A stretch of 64,000 nt of DNA. Origin: Octopus sinensis. Taxonomy: Eukaryota. Every line of letters begins with the position of its first letter. The first letter of the stretch is position 1. The notes under the pieces are model-generated. The model was not told the DNA's origin and did not search any database. It saw only the letters and a list, made by a program, of their open reading frames with translations. Positions 13,018 to 25,925 of the stretch are shown here, in pieces. The DNA lies in the NCBI RefSeq assembly GCF_006345805.1, contig NC_043001.1:91450001-91514000 (forward strand), given 5' to 3'. The position numbers and the translations under genes are program-made.

Positions 13018-13317
13018 GGAGGCACATGGCCTAGTGGTTAGAGCATCGGACTCGCGGTCGAGGGATCGCGGATTCGAATCTCATCCCGGGCGATGTGTGT
13101 GTTTATGAGCGAAACACCTAAGCTCCACGCGGTTTCCACAGAAGGTAATGGCGAACTTCTGCTGACTCTTTCGCCACAACTTTCTCTCACTCTTTCCTCC
13201 CGCATCTTGCAGCTCACCTGCTACGAACCGGCGTCCCTTCCAGGTGGGGAACCTATACACCAAGGAAACCGGGAAACCGGCCCTTATGAGCCAAGCATGG
13301 CTCCAGAAGGAACAAAC
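13018..13317 (+). mobile_element. SINE family C (tRNA-derived)
   Basis: A-box TGGCCTAGTGG, B-box GATTCGAATC, body ending GAAACCGGCCCTTATGAGCC...GGAACAAAC; no tRNA acceptor stem or CCA. Confidence 0.8.
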
Positions 13318-13351
<34 letters not shown>

Positions 13352-13644
13352 CAAATAAGAAAATGGAGGAGAAAACTTTTGGACATTGAAATGTTAACTT
13401 ATTTATTTATTAAACTGGTAATTATAATAACATACATACATATAGCATATTATTCTTTACATGTAAGATATGATATGATATATATATATATACAAAAGCA
13501 AAGAGTCAAGTCGTCACTAAAGTCACGGTTGGTGCTAGAAATGAGAGTCAAAAAACTCTTAGCCATGTGAGACCATTTTTCTAGCGGCTGATAATATCTA
13601 TATACGTATACATATTATACACACACACTCACACACATTATATG

Positions 13645-13830
13645 TAGGAGTACTCCATCGGTTACGACAACGAGGGTTCCAGATGATACTATCAACGTTG
13701 TTCTCAGCGTGACAAGGCTGACCCTTTGAAATATAAGTACTACTCATTTTTGCCAGCTGGGTTGACTGGAGCAACGTGAAATAAAGTGTCTTGCTCAAGG
13801 ACACAACACGTCACCGGGAGTTAAACTCTT
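13645..13830 (-). mobile_element. SINE family E, internally deleted
   Basis: GTACTCCATCGGTTACGAC..CGAGGGTTCCAG tail and GGAGCAACGTGAAATAAAGTGTCTTGCTCAAGGACAC, shared with 25222-25307, 39355-39490, 42655-42845, 43430-43545 and 61850-61980. Confidence 0.8.
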
Positions 13831-13868
13831 TCTATATACATACATTATATACACACATACACGCATAT

Positions 13869-13900
<32 letters not shown>

Positions 13901-13919
13901 GCACGTCCGTACACACGCT

Positions 13920-13956
<37 letters not shown>

Positions 13957-14249
13957 ACACACACACACCACACACACACACACCACACACACACACACAT
14001 ATGTACGAGCAAAACGCCCCCCGTCCAATGGACGGTGCAATGTTGTCAAACATCTAAACCAAATTTTCTCAAAACAACTTGTCCGGCCGTCTCATAGGCC
14101 TCCCCTTTGAGAAACACTGATTTAACCTAAATTTGAGGCACCAGTAAAAGAAGAAATGAAGATAGACTTCTTTTCTATTCCAAAGAAAAACGATTTTATT
14201 CACTTTATCGATCGCATTCTCACTTGGAATCGAATTTTGTAATTTTTTC

Positions 14250-14360
14250 AAGACTTATACCGTCAGTATCTACATATCAAATTTGAGCGCAATCGGATGG
14301 AGGATGCCCGAGATCCTAGAAGACACACATATAGACAGAACGGATTTTATATAATAGATG
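14250..14360 (+). mobile_element. Helitron/Helentron (DINE/HINE-like) 3' end
   Basis: ATATCAAATTTGAGCGCAATCGGATG...ACACACATATAGACAGAACGGATTTTATATAATAGAT resembles the typical invertebrate non-autonomous Helitron end (CAAATTT...ATCGG...ACAGAC...TTTATATATAGAT); recall-based. Confidence 0.4.
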
Positions 14361-14839
14361 TACACACATACAGACACTGACAGACAGACACACTGACACA
14401 TACACACACACACACGCACACACACACACACACGCACACACACACACACACACACATACACACTCACATACATATATACATCCACCGCACACACACACAT
14501 ACACAAAACATATACATATAAACTCTTCCTTTGGTATTCGAATACTATTCTACCCCTCATTGTTTTGCACCTATATACTCACATGTCAGGGACTTTGTGC
14601 GCGCGCATGCGTGTGTGTTTTTGTAATATATACACCGAAAATACACAAAAAAATTACAAATTTTAACATTAAGGATCAGTTTATCCCCATTTAAATATGA
14701 CTATCATCACAGTGTGTGTATGATATCCTGCCCTTTTATATATCTGTGAGGGACAAGTATTGTTCAGTAAGTCCTTCTGTTTTAAGACCCTAAGGTGTTA
14801 TTTCAGGAGCATCGAATAGCTATGAGGGTCCACCCATGT

Positions 14840-14895
14840 AAAATAATAATTAAATGGTTCTACAGCTCAAAAATGGCTGAGTACCACAGGGTTAA
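14840..14895. mobile_element. Possible piggyBac-type terminus
   Basis: Ends in GAGTACCACAGGG|TTAA (minus strand TTAA-CCCTGTGGTACTC); the partner end was not found. Confidence 0.35.
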
Positions 14896-15664
14896 ATCAT
14901 TACAGTATTTCGATGGTGTATATTTTATGGATCCCTAAATATATAAGGCATTTTGTTAATGATCATCATTATGATAGAATTCATTGGGGTTACATAACAG
15001 ATACAAACACATTCTGTTTATCATTTAAGAATACCAGAAACAACTTTTTTGTATCTTTTCTCAGTACGTTCCAGCAAATGTGATCAAGGGGTGATGGAAA
15101 AGCTAATTACTGACGACTCTCATTTAAAAAAAAAATCTTTGTTTTCGTATCCAACCGTAATCGTTCAACAGCCTGGGTGTGCCGTGTGTACTGTTCTTAA
15201 TAGATCACTGTAAATGGCGATAACGCATGACCACAATTACGAGGTCACAGGTTCAGTCCCATTACGTGGCACCTTGGTTAGTGTAGTCTACTATTGCTTC
15301 AGGCCGACCAAATCTTTTTGAATGGATTTGATAAATGGAAACTGAAAGAAACCCATCGTATGGGTTTATAATATTTATATACATTTATATATTTTCATTG
15401 ATAATTTATATATAATAGTCATTTAAAAAAAAATATTTATGTAATTAGATATAGACTATTACCGATATTAGATTATTGGTGGGTTTCTTACCTTAAAAAT
15501 TAAAATTAATATTTAACATTATAATCGATTTTGATATAATCATAATTGTTAAGTTTTAAGTTTCTAGTTTGATAATATAGTTTATTATAAGTAAAATTAT
15601 TATATTATTTATATCTTAAAAATATTGTTTAAATATTTCTGATTATTTTTAGAATATTTCAATT

Positions 15665-15760
15665 AACCTGAAGATTGACTGTAACCATAACTCGAATTAT
15701 TAATTGAATTTAAATTATTGTTATTCGAATTGGTACAGCCATGAAACGATCGTAGTGTTT
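15665..15760 (+). ncRNA. Putative type I hammerhead ribozyme in an AT-rich Penelope-like terminal repeat (about 15365-15860)
   Basis: CTGAAGA (15668-74); long stem II TGACTGTA.../...TACAGCCA; GAAA; palindromic stem III ACGATCGT; GUA triplet (15752-54); short stem I. Confidence 0.55.
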
Positions 15761-15865
15761 TACTCTTTATCTTTTATTAAACTTTTAATACTTTTGATAT
15801 TTATATTTAAAAAAATAAAATAAATAAATTAATTAATAAATAAAATAATATATAAATATAAAAAT

Positions 15866-15928
<63 letters not shown>

Positions 15929-16771
15929 TTGTATAACTTAGATAACTTTGATATGTTTCGACCAAAGATTGGTCCAGGCCATGTCTAACTTAATAGCACC
16001 ACCTGATGTATATATATATATTTAAAATTTATAAGTTTAAATTATTTAAATAATTTTTAATTTTTAACTTTTATATTCTTAAATTAATTTTATGTATTGG
16101 CTTATGTTTTTCACTGTTTGATTTGCCTAATAGTGGTTTTACTCTAATTTAATATAATGTAATATAATATATTTATACTATAAAATTGGATTTAATCCTA
16201 AATCTAATTTTTCCTGTAAGTTGGATTTATTCCCTAATATTATTATTATTGATTTATATATATATATATATATATATAATACAAAATGGGACAAGAACGC
16301 AAGACATCCGGACAGCTAGGTGATTCAAAAATGGGACAACAAAACATCCAGATAAACGATACAAAGAAAACAAGGATGGGTCATTCGAAGTTCTCTATCT
16401 TCAGTCAAGAACCAGATTATCCTCGCAATTTCAGCTGATTATTCTTGAGATTGCTCCAATTTGGCCAGCTCCAAGGAAAAACTAAGCTAAGAGCATTAGA
16501 TTCTTTGGAAGAAAGCAGCGAATGTATACAAAAACAAGGACGGAAAAAAACGGACAATGTTACACATACAAATCACAGAAATGAAGCAAAATATCAACGA
16601 AATGCTTGTAGGAAGTTCGATTGCTAACGGCTACAGTTTGGCGTAGATATGAAGATTGCAAATTTCTTGGGTGACAGTATATTTTTGAGAACAAGTAGAT
16701 TAAATAAATGTGTGTAAATGTATATCTATATCCATATCTATATGTATGTATGTATGTATCTTTCTCTTTTT

Positions 16772-17153
16772 CTCTTTTTTACTTGTTTCAGTCATTTGAC
16801 TGCGGCCATGCTGGAGCACCGCCTTTAGTCGAGCAAATCGACCCCGGGACTTATTCTTTGTAGGCCTAGTACTTATTCTATCGGTCTCTTTTGCCGAACC
16901 GCTAAGTGACGGGGACGTAAACACACCAGCATCGGCTGTCAAGCAATGCTAGGGGGACAAACACAGACACACATACATGTATATATATACATATATACGA
17001 CAGGCTTCTTTCAGTTTCTGTCTACCAAATCCACTCACAAGCATTGGTCGGCCCGGGCTGCAGCAGAAGACACTTGCCCAAGATGCCACGCAGTGGACTG
17101 AACCCGGAACCATGTGGTTGGTTAGCAAGCTACTTACCACACAGCCACTCCTG
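16772..17153 (-). mobile_element. SINE family A, full length
   Basis: Near-consensus reverse complement, flanked by (TATG)n. Confidence 0.9.
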
Positions 17154-17307
17154 TATGTATGTATGTATGTATGTATGTATGTATGTATGTATGTATGTAT
17201 GTATGTATGTATGTATGTATCTGTCTATCTATCTATCTATACATACATATATATATACATACATACATACATACATACATACATACATACATACATACAT
17301 ACATACA

Positions 17308-17338
<31 letters not shown>

Positions 17339-17364
17339 TCTCTACTTATATCAATTCAAACCTG

Positions 17365-17995
17365 GCTGCGTATGTCAATCTTGTCCATGGAAATTATAAA
17401 AGGAAGAATACATACTTTTGGCGTAGTCCGACATCCACATCGAGCATCTTCGACCTAGCACCATTTATCCAAATACATAAATTAGGGCATTCCATAGGAA
17501 CTTCAAAGCAACAAGACACTAACCTTCCACAAGTTCCGTTCAACACGTTCGTATGTCTTTTCGAGGACTACCAAACAAGCATACAACTCTTGGCCATACT
17601 CTTACGATTTCTCGAAAATCTACAGTAGTTTGAATATTTGGTCGGATGAGCTGCTCCGAGATGAAAACTACACCGCCCTTTAGGTAGCTTGGTCTCGTCA
17701 GTATCCTTAATCAGCACGTATTTTACCGGGGTGGTTTAGCAAAGAGATTCCTCTATAAGTTTAGCAATCCGATTTGTCTGCCCTTCTTGAGAATTGGGAT
17801 TATCACACCCATTTGGAATTGCTTAGGTGTCTTTCCAGAGATCCAAACCACCTGACACACCCCAAAAGTATCTTCTCTATTTAAGGCTTTTATCATCTCG
17901 GGCCAAATTTCGCCTTCACCAGAGGCCTTGTAACAATTAAGCTCTCTAATTGCTCTTGTGGCCTCAGTCTCAGGAAAGTTAGTCATCGCTTTAAG
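17365..17995 (-). pseudogene. RTE-clade (Rex3/Expander-like) LINE reverse transcriptase remnant
   Basis: EATRAIRELNCYKASGEGEIWPEMIKALNRE...GVIIPILKKG, then frameshifted LEKTYERV and DVGLRQ motifs. Confidence 0.8.
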
Positions 17996-18036
17996 CTGCC
18001 CCTCATATATATACTAAATTTATATAATATATATAT

Positions 18037-18083
<47 letters not shown>

Positions 18084-18603
18084 AGATAGGGGTTGTAAAT
18101 TCAACCCTCCATGGGATAACAATATCCAATATACTGCTAGAGAAGTACCCAACAAAGCTAATACATAAATGTTAAAAATTGCGATGCAATTAATTCATTT
18201 ACTGTATTAGGTGGGCAAAGGTAAAATTATTTTTACCGTATGTCTAATCTCATTGCTATTGTGTAGTGTTTTAATAAAGTATGTGATTGGGTATTATCTG
18301 ATAGTTGATGATTGATTTAGATATATTTCTCCATTTTCTCATTTTGTATATATATATATATATATATATATATACTAAATTTCTATAACAAAGCAGAAAT
18401 GTTTTCATCCCGGAGCAGCATATCCGACCAAAGCAAGAAACTTAAAAAAAAAACAAAATATCCCAACGGAATGGGAGGTTTCGGTGGAGAACAAACAAAA
18501 CGATTTACAAAAATTTACTAGTGGAAACACCCATAACTGACCAGAAGAACGGATTCAAGGGAATAAGATAATAGGTCTTTCTCTTCTTTACTTTCGTCCA
18601 ACA

Positions 18604-19470
18604 TGCTAGTCTATGAATGCAAGTGGCCTAAGTTCACCTTGGAAGCAAGGACTCGTGCTCAATGACCTCATCTCAATAGACATAGATGTAATGGCCTCCA
18701 GCAAGATCAAAATTTCGGAAGGACCATCTCTTGTGCACATCGAGAACAAAGAGATGCACGGATCTTCAAATCGACCGGAATTGACAGGGTGAGTCACTGT
18801 GTTGTTTCGGAAAAGTTTGGGGCTCGCAACAATGGATCCAGAGAGTAAAATGATGGTGGTGAACGAGACTAGTATCAAAGGCAATACATTCCGACTGGTA
18901 GCCATCTATCTATCATTCGACGGGCAGGGCGACCTGATTTTCGTTAGGCTTCTCGTATTTTTCCTTGGAATGCCCAGTTCTTTACTACTAGTGCGAAATT
19001 GGAACGGAGTTTTGGATGCGCAGGAGAACTGTACGGTGTTATCCGATCGAAGCGGGTTTGCATAAGTCTAACAAGCCAGCTCAGACGTTTCCAGCAGTTT
19101 GATAGGTACTAAATGAATTTTCTGAATGTACTGTAGATATGGACAAACGGTATCATGTCCTTCAGATCGTATCTACTTAGCGTATTCTGTGGGAATTACA
19201 ACATAAAGGAATTACATAGATTGTCCACAATTTAAAGTCGTCGACTACATAGGCCTCGAATTTATGATCTTTACGATCAGCGCAGATAGGCGTCATAGGC
19301 AGGGATTTGGTTACTGAAAGCTGAATGCATCTTTCTCGGCGCGCGAAGCTTACAGGGACAGGATTAGCGAAATAGTTTAGCGGGCGTTGAAGTTGGCGTG
19401 GGGTGGGGAAATCTTCAACAACGAATATGGTCCGTCCTGAAAAGGGCGATTAGAACAAAATCTATGAATG
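18604..19470 (+). pseudogene. L1/Tx1-like LINE apurinic endonuclease remnant
   Basis: SMNASGLSSPWKQGLVLNDL..IDVMA; FRLVAIY; LLLVRNWNGVLD; GFGY*KLNASFL, in broken frames. Confidence 0.75.
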
Positions 19471-19678
19471 AATTAGAACTCGACTTTTGTTATGACTTCA
19501 CTAATAAGCTGCTAATCAGACTGAAATCATATTATACATTAATGGATGAAATTACGTCTTCAAGGCAAAAATAAACACTGAGACCCCATGAAATTTTAGT
19601 CAATTAAGCAGTGATCGTGCTATTGACAGCTGTGGTTTGAGCGTATCTATACCGTTATCTACACCTTTATACCTCTAC

Positions 19679-19716
<38 letters not shown>

Positions 19717-19759
19717 TATATATATTATATACCGTTATCTATACCCTTATACTTTTGCC

Positions 19760-19800
<41 letters not shown>

Positions 19801-19902
19801 TTATATAAATAAGGATAATATCGTTATTTAAAATACCGATCTTATCATGTGGCTAGCATAGGAATATAAACCCTCAAAGGTAATAATATATATATATATA
19901 AG

Positions 19903-19935
<33 letters not shown>

Positions 19936-20920
19936 ATATATATATTATATATATATATATGTATGTATGTATGTATGTATATGTATATATATATATATAT
20001 ATTATATAACTTATATGCGTGCATGTATGTATGTATGTATGTATGTGTATGTGCGTGTACGCGCGCGCGTGTGTGTTTGTTTGTTTGTTTAGCCAAGTGA
20101 ACTGAGTCATCTTGATTGTACCAGCTAGAATAACAGACGATGGTCATGGACGTACCGCAACACCTGTGACGGCAATAGAAACCGCATTAGTATTTTGCTC
20201 GGCTGTTCAGTATTGCAACGAGCTAACCAGCTGTTGCCCACTATTCAAGAGGAAAATGGCGGTTGTTTGGAATGATTAAAGCTACCACTAAACAATAGGC
20301 TGGTTAGGGACTCTCGCATGTAATGCTGGCGGGGTTTCCTAGTAATCGATGAAAATAATTTGACATTGTTGAAGACTAGATAATTTGTATTGATTTGTTT
20401 CGCGAAGTCTAAATAATGTGAAATGTGGTAGAAAGTGAATAGGAATGATGTAAGTGATGTGACTCACTTGCGATTCGAAGCGAGTAATGAGTGATGAAAC
20501 GTGGGTCAGCTTACTTTCTTTTTCTTTCTCCTTATCCTCTCTTCTCTATCCCTCATTTCCTTATTACTGCCCTCTGCCTTGTTGACTTGTGGAGATAAAG
20601 CTTGCGAATTGGTTCTATCACAAACGGCCTTGATAATTTAGTAGGTTGACCTGACCACAAATCATTTTCTTACCACTGACCAGAAGACAACTCATTAAAA
20701 GATAAAACCAAGACTAATGGAGCCGCGCCCACCTCCTTTGTTAGAAGTAGATATAATTGGGTCACTGGAGTCAATTATTCCTTCCTCCTCCTAAAAACCC
20801 TACTAACCTCTAAACTTTTCACTATATTTACCGAATCTACGTCCTACGAGTTCACGAAAATCCTTTCTTTTTTTGGTCTATCTGACCACTGCATCTGCTA
20901 AATCAACTGTCCTACGAGTC

Positions 20921-21159
20921 AGTTATAGGAAAATTTCGCCGTAAACATTGTTGCTGCAGGAAAATTCAGCGTAAGGGATTTCGTTTTAAATTATCTCAAC
21001 ACGGTTTTCTAATGTTTGGCGTTAAATAAAAACTTACCAAATTCTTTTATAAAATTTTATCATTCTTTTTTTCTTTTTTATTAAATAAATATGCTGATAT
21101 AATACGCTTCATCATTGTCTATACGTTGAATTTGTCTTACGGCGAATTTTCTGGACACG
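20921..21159. mobile_element. Mutator-type MITE, 239 bp, 9-bp TSD
   Basis: TSD CTACGAGTC at 20912-20920 and 21160-21168; TIR core GAAAATT(T)CGCCGTAA at both ends. Confidence 0.75.
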
Positions 21160-22499
21160 CTACGAGTCAACGAAAGAGTCTTCATGGACGTTTGGCCTGC
21201 ATGAAATAGCAGTTAAAGTATCTCACTTCACATTATACCAATCGACTTAATAAAAAAAAAAAGTATACGTATGACAAGGTAGTCGTAGATATATGAAAAG
21301 ACAAAACAGTTTGGAGCGGTTTTGACCATGGGAACGACAAATTCAGTTCGATCTGGAGTGAAACAAAGATCTAGTCTTTTTCATTCGTAAAATGACACCC
21401 CCCTCTAATCATTTTTTGCTTTCAATTCTCGTGTATGGATGCAACTCTGAATTTTGATTACGATCAATCACTGATTTTATCTCGTAAATTAAAGAATCTG
21501 ATATTATTTAGAATTAAAGTTGGGAGATTTGGGTAACTTTAGCCAATCAACAGACAGCGAGACATTAACAGCTTGTTACCATGACAATCGCGCCTTGTGT
21601 TGTGTTTCACCCGCATGCTGTGTTGATTCTTCACACCACAAGATTTACTTCACCCGCGTGTTTTATTTTAATAAAAATTTATATTTATCGATTAGAATTT
21701 TATTGTAGATATTTTTCGGCAATTGTCTTAATATTTTACATATTTTTGATACGGCTGTGGTCTAAGAAGCTTGCTTACCAACCACATGGTTCCGGGGTCA
21801 GTCCCACTGCATGGCACCTTAGGCAAATGTCTTCTACTGCAGCCTCGGGTCGACCAAAGCCTTGTGAGTGGATTTGGTAGACGGAAACTGGCCGCAGTGA
21901 CATGACTGAAACAAGTAAAAGAATAAAAGAATAGCAAAAGTTATTTGCGATGTTTATACAGTTTCTTGGCATTATGAAGGTGAATAGACTTCAAGCACAG
22001 TACTGACAAAGCAACGGTGAATCATCGACTCAGCTTCAGGGACTTATTGACTGAGATAGCTGGATTTATAATTTCAGTAGGTTAATGCTATTCATAAACA
22101 TTTAAATTAGGAATATTCCTTAAACCGTTAGCTTCACATTTCAACAGCTTAACTGAAATTTAGCCCACGTAACAGGAACTGTGAGGGATATCGTGGAACA
22201 GAGAAACTGTGGGTGATAACTGATAATTTGACATTATTTATGAATTTTACATGCAAAACATCTTGGGACAAATTCTTTGTTGACCAATCTTATTCTTATC
22301 GTAGTTTACAAATCCAAGCATGAAAACGTTATTCAACTTTGAACTTTTAGAGACAGACGCCGGTTGTCTACCAAATCCACTCACAAGGCTTTGGTAGGCC
22401 CGAGGCTACAGTAGAAAACACTTGTCCAAGGTGCCACACAGTAGGACTGAACCCGGAACCATGTGGTTCGTAAGCAAGCTACTTACTAGACAGCCACTC

Positions 22500-22550
<51 letters not shown>

Positions 22551-22815
22551 CCGATTTAGACGTTTTCTTTATTTTCACTAATTCTTTATCTTTTTTTTGT
22601 TTCACACATTGGACTGCTGCCAAGCTGGAGCACTGCCTCAGAGTGTTTTTAATTGAACGAACCGACACCGTTACTTATTTTTTGTTAAGTTTGGTAATTA
22701 TTCAAGCGATTTTTGTTTGCTGATCCGCTAATTTACGGGGGGCGTAAACAAACTGACACCTGTTGTCAAGCAGCGGTGGAGGACAAATAGAAGCACAAAA
22801 TCCAAATCCAAACAT

Positions 22816-22851
<36 letters not shown>

Positions 22852-23096
22852 CTTTTGTTTTAGTCATACCACTGCTGCCATGCTAGAGCACCATCTTCAC
22901 AACTTTTTAACCGAATGTATCGACCCCCAGTACTTATTCTATTGGCCGCTTTTGCTGAACCGCTAAGTTATGGGGACGGAAACACACCAACGCCGGTTGT
23001 CAAGCGGTGGTAGGAGGATGAATAGCTAATAAGACATACGTAGACACATACACATATATACACCACACACGCAAACACATATATATGTGGTATATA

Positions 23097-23141
<45 letters not shown>

Positions 23142-23302
23142 TACATATACATACATACTTATATACGACAGGCTTCTTTCAGTGTCCGTCTACCAAATCC
23201 ACTCGCAAGGCTTTGGTTGGCCCGAGGTGTCACGCAGCGGGACTGAACCCGGAACTATGTAGTTGGGAAGCACACTTCTTATCACACAGCTACAGCTGCA
23301 CC

Positions 23303-23420
<118 letters not shown>

Positions 23421-23450
23421 ATCAATCAATCTCTCTCTCTCTCTCTCTCT

Positions 23451-23491
<41 letters not shown>

Positions 23492-23687
23492 CGAGCTTCT
23501 TTTAGTTTCTGTCTGTCAAATCCATTCACAAGATTGGTCGGCTCCGGGTTATAGCTGAAGACACCGTCCAAATGTGGTGTGTAGTGGGACTGAAACCAGA
23601 CCCATGTAGTTGAAAAGTAAACTCCTTACCACATAACCACGCCAGCACCAATATATATTTATTTATTCATATATTTATTTTATTTTT

Positions 23688-23780
23688 ACTCACCTTTGTT
23701 CGACAGCTCACGTGAGCTTGAATTCCTTGACCAATCACGTGAGTCGAAATTCCTTATGAAGTGGTCACGTGAACGTGAGC
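23688..23780. promoter_or_regulatory. Cluster of three CACGTG E-boxes with a CCAAT box, next to a minus-strand donor-like AAAG|GTGAGT
   Basis: CACGTG at 23709, 23736 and 23766 within degenerate 27-30 bp tandem units; CCAAT at 23731-35. Confidence 0.35.
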
Positions 23781-24468
23781 TTTCAAATAGCGCAGTAAAG
23801 CATGTCTGATTTTATTGTTGAGCAATGGCAGACGACGGCGACGATTACAGCTAAATAATGAAAGTTTGTATCGCATCGAGCTGCGTTTGGTGTGTCTCGA
23901 AGTCAAATCATGATGGATCTTGGGCAGGGCTTCTTTTTCTTTCATTTTATTTTTCAAAAAACGTCTGACAGCGTGAATATACAATTGTGGAGCGAAGAAT
24001 AATTTCATGATGGGAGACAAAACACCGTGATTAAACAGGTTTATTCTTACGTTCGTAATTATAGGGAATTATTCAACAAATATTTTGGTTGAAAGGGCTT
24101 TCTTTGATTGATAGCTACGCAACAACGAACACCTTCGCTGGCATTGTTTCTGGTCTGCTAGCACACGTTATGTATGTATGTATGTATGTATGTATGTATG
24201 TATGTATGTATGTATGTGTGTGTGTGTATGTATGTATGTATGTATGTATGTATGTATGTGTATATATATGCATTTATATATATATATATATATATATGTA
24301 CTTACATATATACACTCACATTTGAGTGCGCAAGGACACAATTATAAGTATGCATGTGTGTGTATGTATACATACGTACATACATACGTTCATATATATG
24401 TGTGTGTGCGTGTGTGTGTAAAAGAGATAGAGAAATAGAAAGCGAGAAGGAGAGAGGGAGAGAGAGTG

Positions 24469-24524
<56 letters not shown>

Positions 24525-24819
24525 AGCTATTCCCGGGCGTTGTTTGAGACTGCCATTGGCTCCTATCATTGCTGCTCCAATGATCATAGTCTGTCCATGT
24601 GACTTGTCAATGACTGAAGATTTCTTGCTTTTTCTTTCGTCTTATAATTAAAGTTCTTTTCGTAGTCTTTTGTTATTTACACAGCATATATTCAGGGTGG
24701 GTCCACTATTGTTCTATGGTGTGATTATAACTTAAATATACTTCGAAAATAATGGAATTCCTGAGACGAAATTAATAAAACTATACCGGATACTATAAAA
24801 TATATATATATATATATGT

Positions 24820-25205
24820 ATGTGGCTGTGTGGTAAGCAGCTTGCTTGCCAACCATATGGTTCTGGGTTCAGTCCCACTGCATGGCACCTTGGACAAGTG
24901 TCTTCTACTATAGCATTGGGTCGACCAAAGCTTTGTGAGTAGATTTGGTTGACGGAAACTGAAAGAAGCCCGTCATATGTATATATGTGCGTATATGATT
25001 GTGGGCCTGTGTTTGTCCCCACCTCAACATCGTTTGACAACCGATACTAGTGTGTTTACGTCCCCGTAACCTTAACGGTTCGGCAAAAGAGAACGATACA
25101 AAAGTACTAAGCTTACCAAGGATAAGTCCTGGAATCGATTTGTTCGACTAAAGGTGGTGCTCCAGCATGACAGCACTCAAATGACTGAAACAAGTAAAAG
25201 AATAA
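24820..25205 (+). mobile_element. SINE family A, full length
   Basis: Head TGGCTGTGTGGTAAG to tail GACTGAAACAAGTAAAAGAATAAAAG. Confidence 0.88.
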
Positions 25206-25307
25206 AAGAATATATATATGCAGTGGTACTCCGTTGGGTCTGACGATGAGGGTTTCAGTTGATCCAATCAACGGAACAGCCTGCTAATGAAATTAGCGTG
25301 CAAGTAG

Positions 25308-25407
25308 NNNNNNNNNNNNNNNNNNNNNNNNNNNNNNNNNNNNNNNNNNNNNNNNNNNNNNNNNNNNNNNNNNNNNNNNNNNNNNNNNNNNNNNNNNNNN
25401 NNNNNNN
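25308..25407. other. Assembly gap (100 N)
   Basis: Run of N; it truncates a family E SINE on the left. Confidence 0.99.
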
Positions 25408-25520
25408 GTGCGAGTTCTAATCTATTATTTATTTGCGGTTTGTATCTCTGTATGAGCAAGGCTTCTTAATTCTTAAGTTCTCCACATTTCTATCATTGGC
25501 TTTAATGGTAACGGCAATAT

Positions 25521-25924
25521 ACTCTTTACTCTTTTACTTGTTTCAGTCATTTGACTGCGGCCATGATGAAGCACCGCCTTTAGTCGAGCAAATCGATCCC
25601 AGGACTTATTCTTTGTAAACCGAGTACTTATTCTATCGGCCACTTTGCCGAACCGCTAAGTAACGGGAACGTAAACACACCACCATCGGTTGTCAAGCGA
25701 TGCTGGGGGGCGGGACAAACACAGACACACAAACATGCACACACATATATATATACATATACGACGGGCTTCTTTCAGTTTCCGTCTACCAAATCCACTC
25801 ACAAGGCTTTGGTCGGCCCGAGGCTATTGTAGAAGATACTTGCCCGAGGTGCCATGCAGTGGGACTGAACCCGGAACCATGTGGTTCGTAAGCAAGCTAC
25901 TTACCACACAGCCATTCCTGCGCC
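25521..25924 (-). mobile_element. SINE family A, full length
   Basis: Reverse complement of the consensus, ending in GCCATTCCTGCGCC. Confidence 0.9.
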
Positions 25925-25925
25925 T

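Noticed and set aside
13018-13085. tRNA-like sequence (also the heads of SINE families A, B, D and E)
   Set aside because: Has A/B boxes but no complete cloverleaf or acceptor stem, and continues into a SINE body.
25222-25420. Apparent rearrangement at the SINE truncated near 25307
   Set aside because: Caused by the 100-N assembly gap; adjacency across the gap is not evidence of biology.
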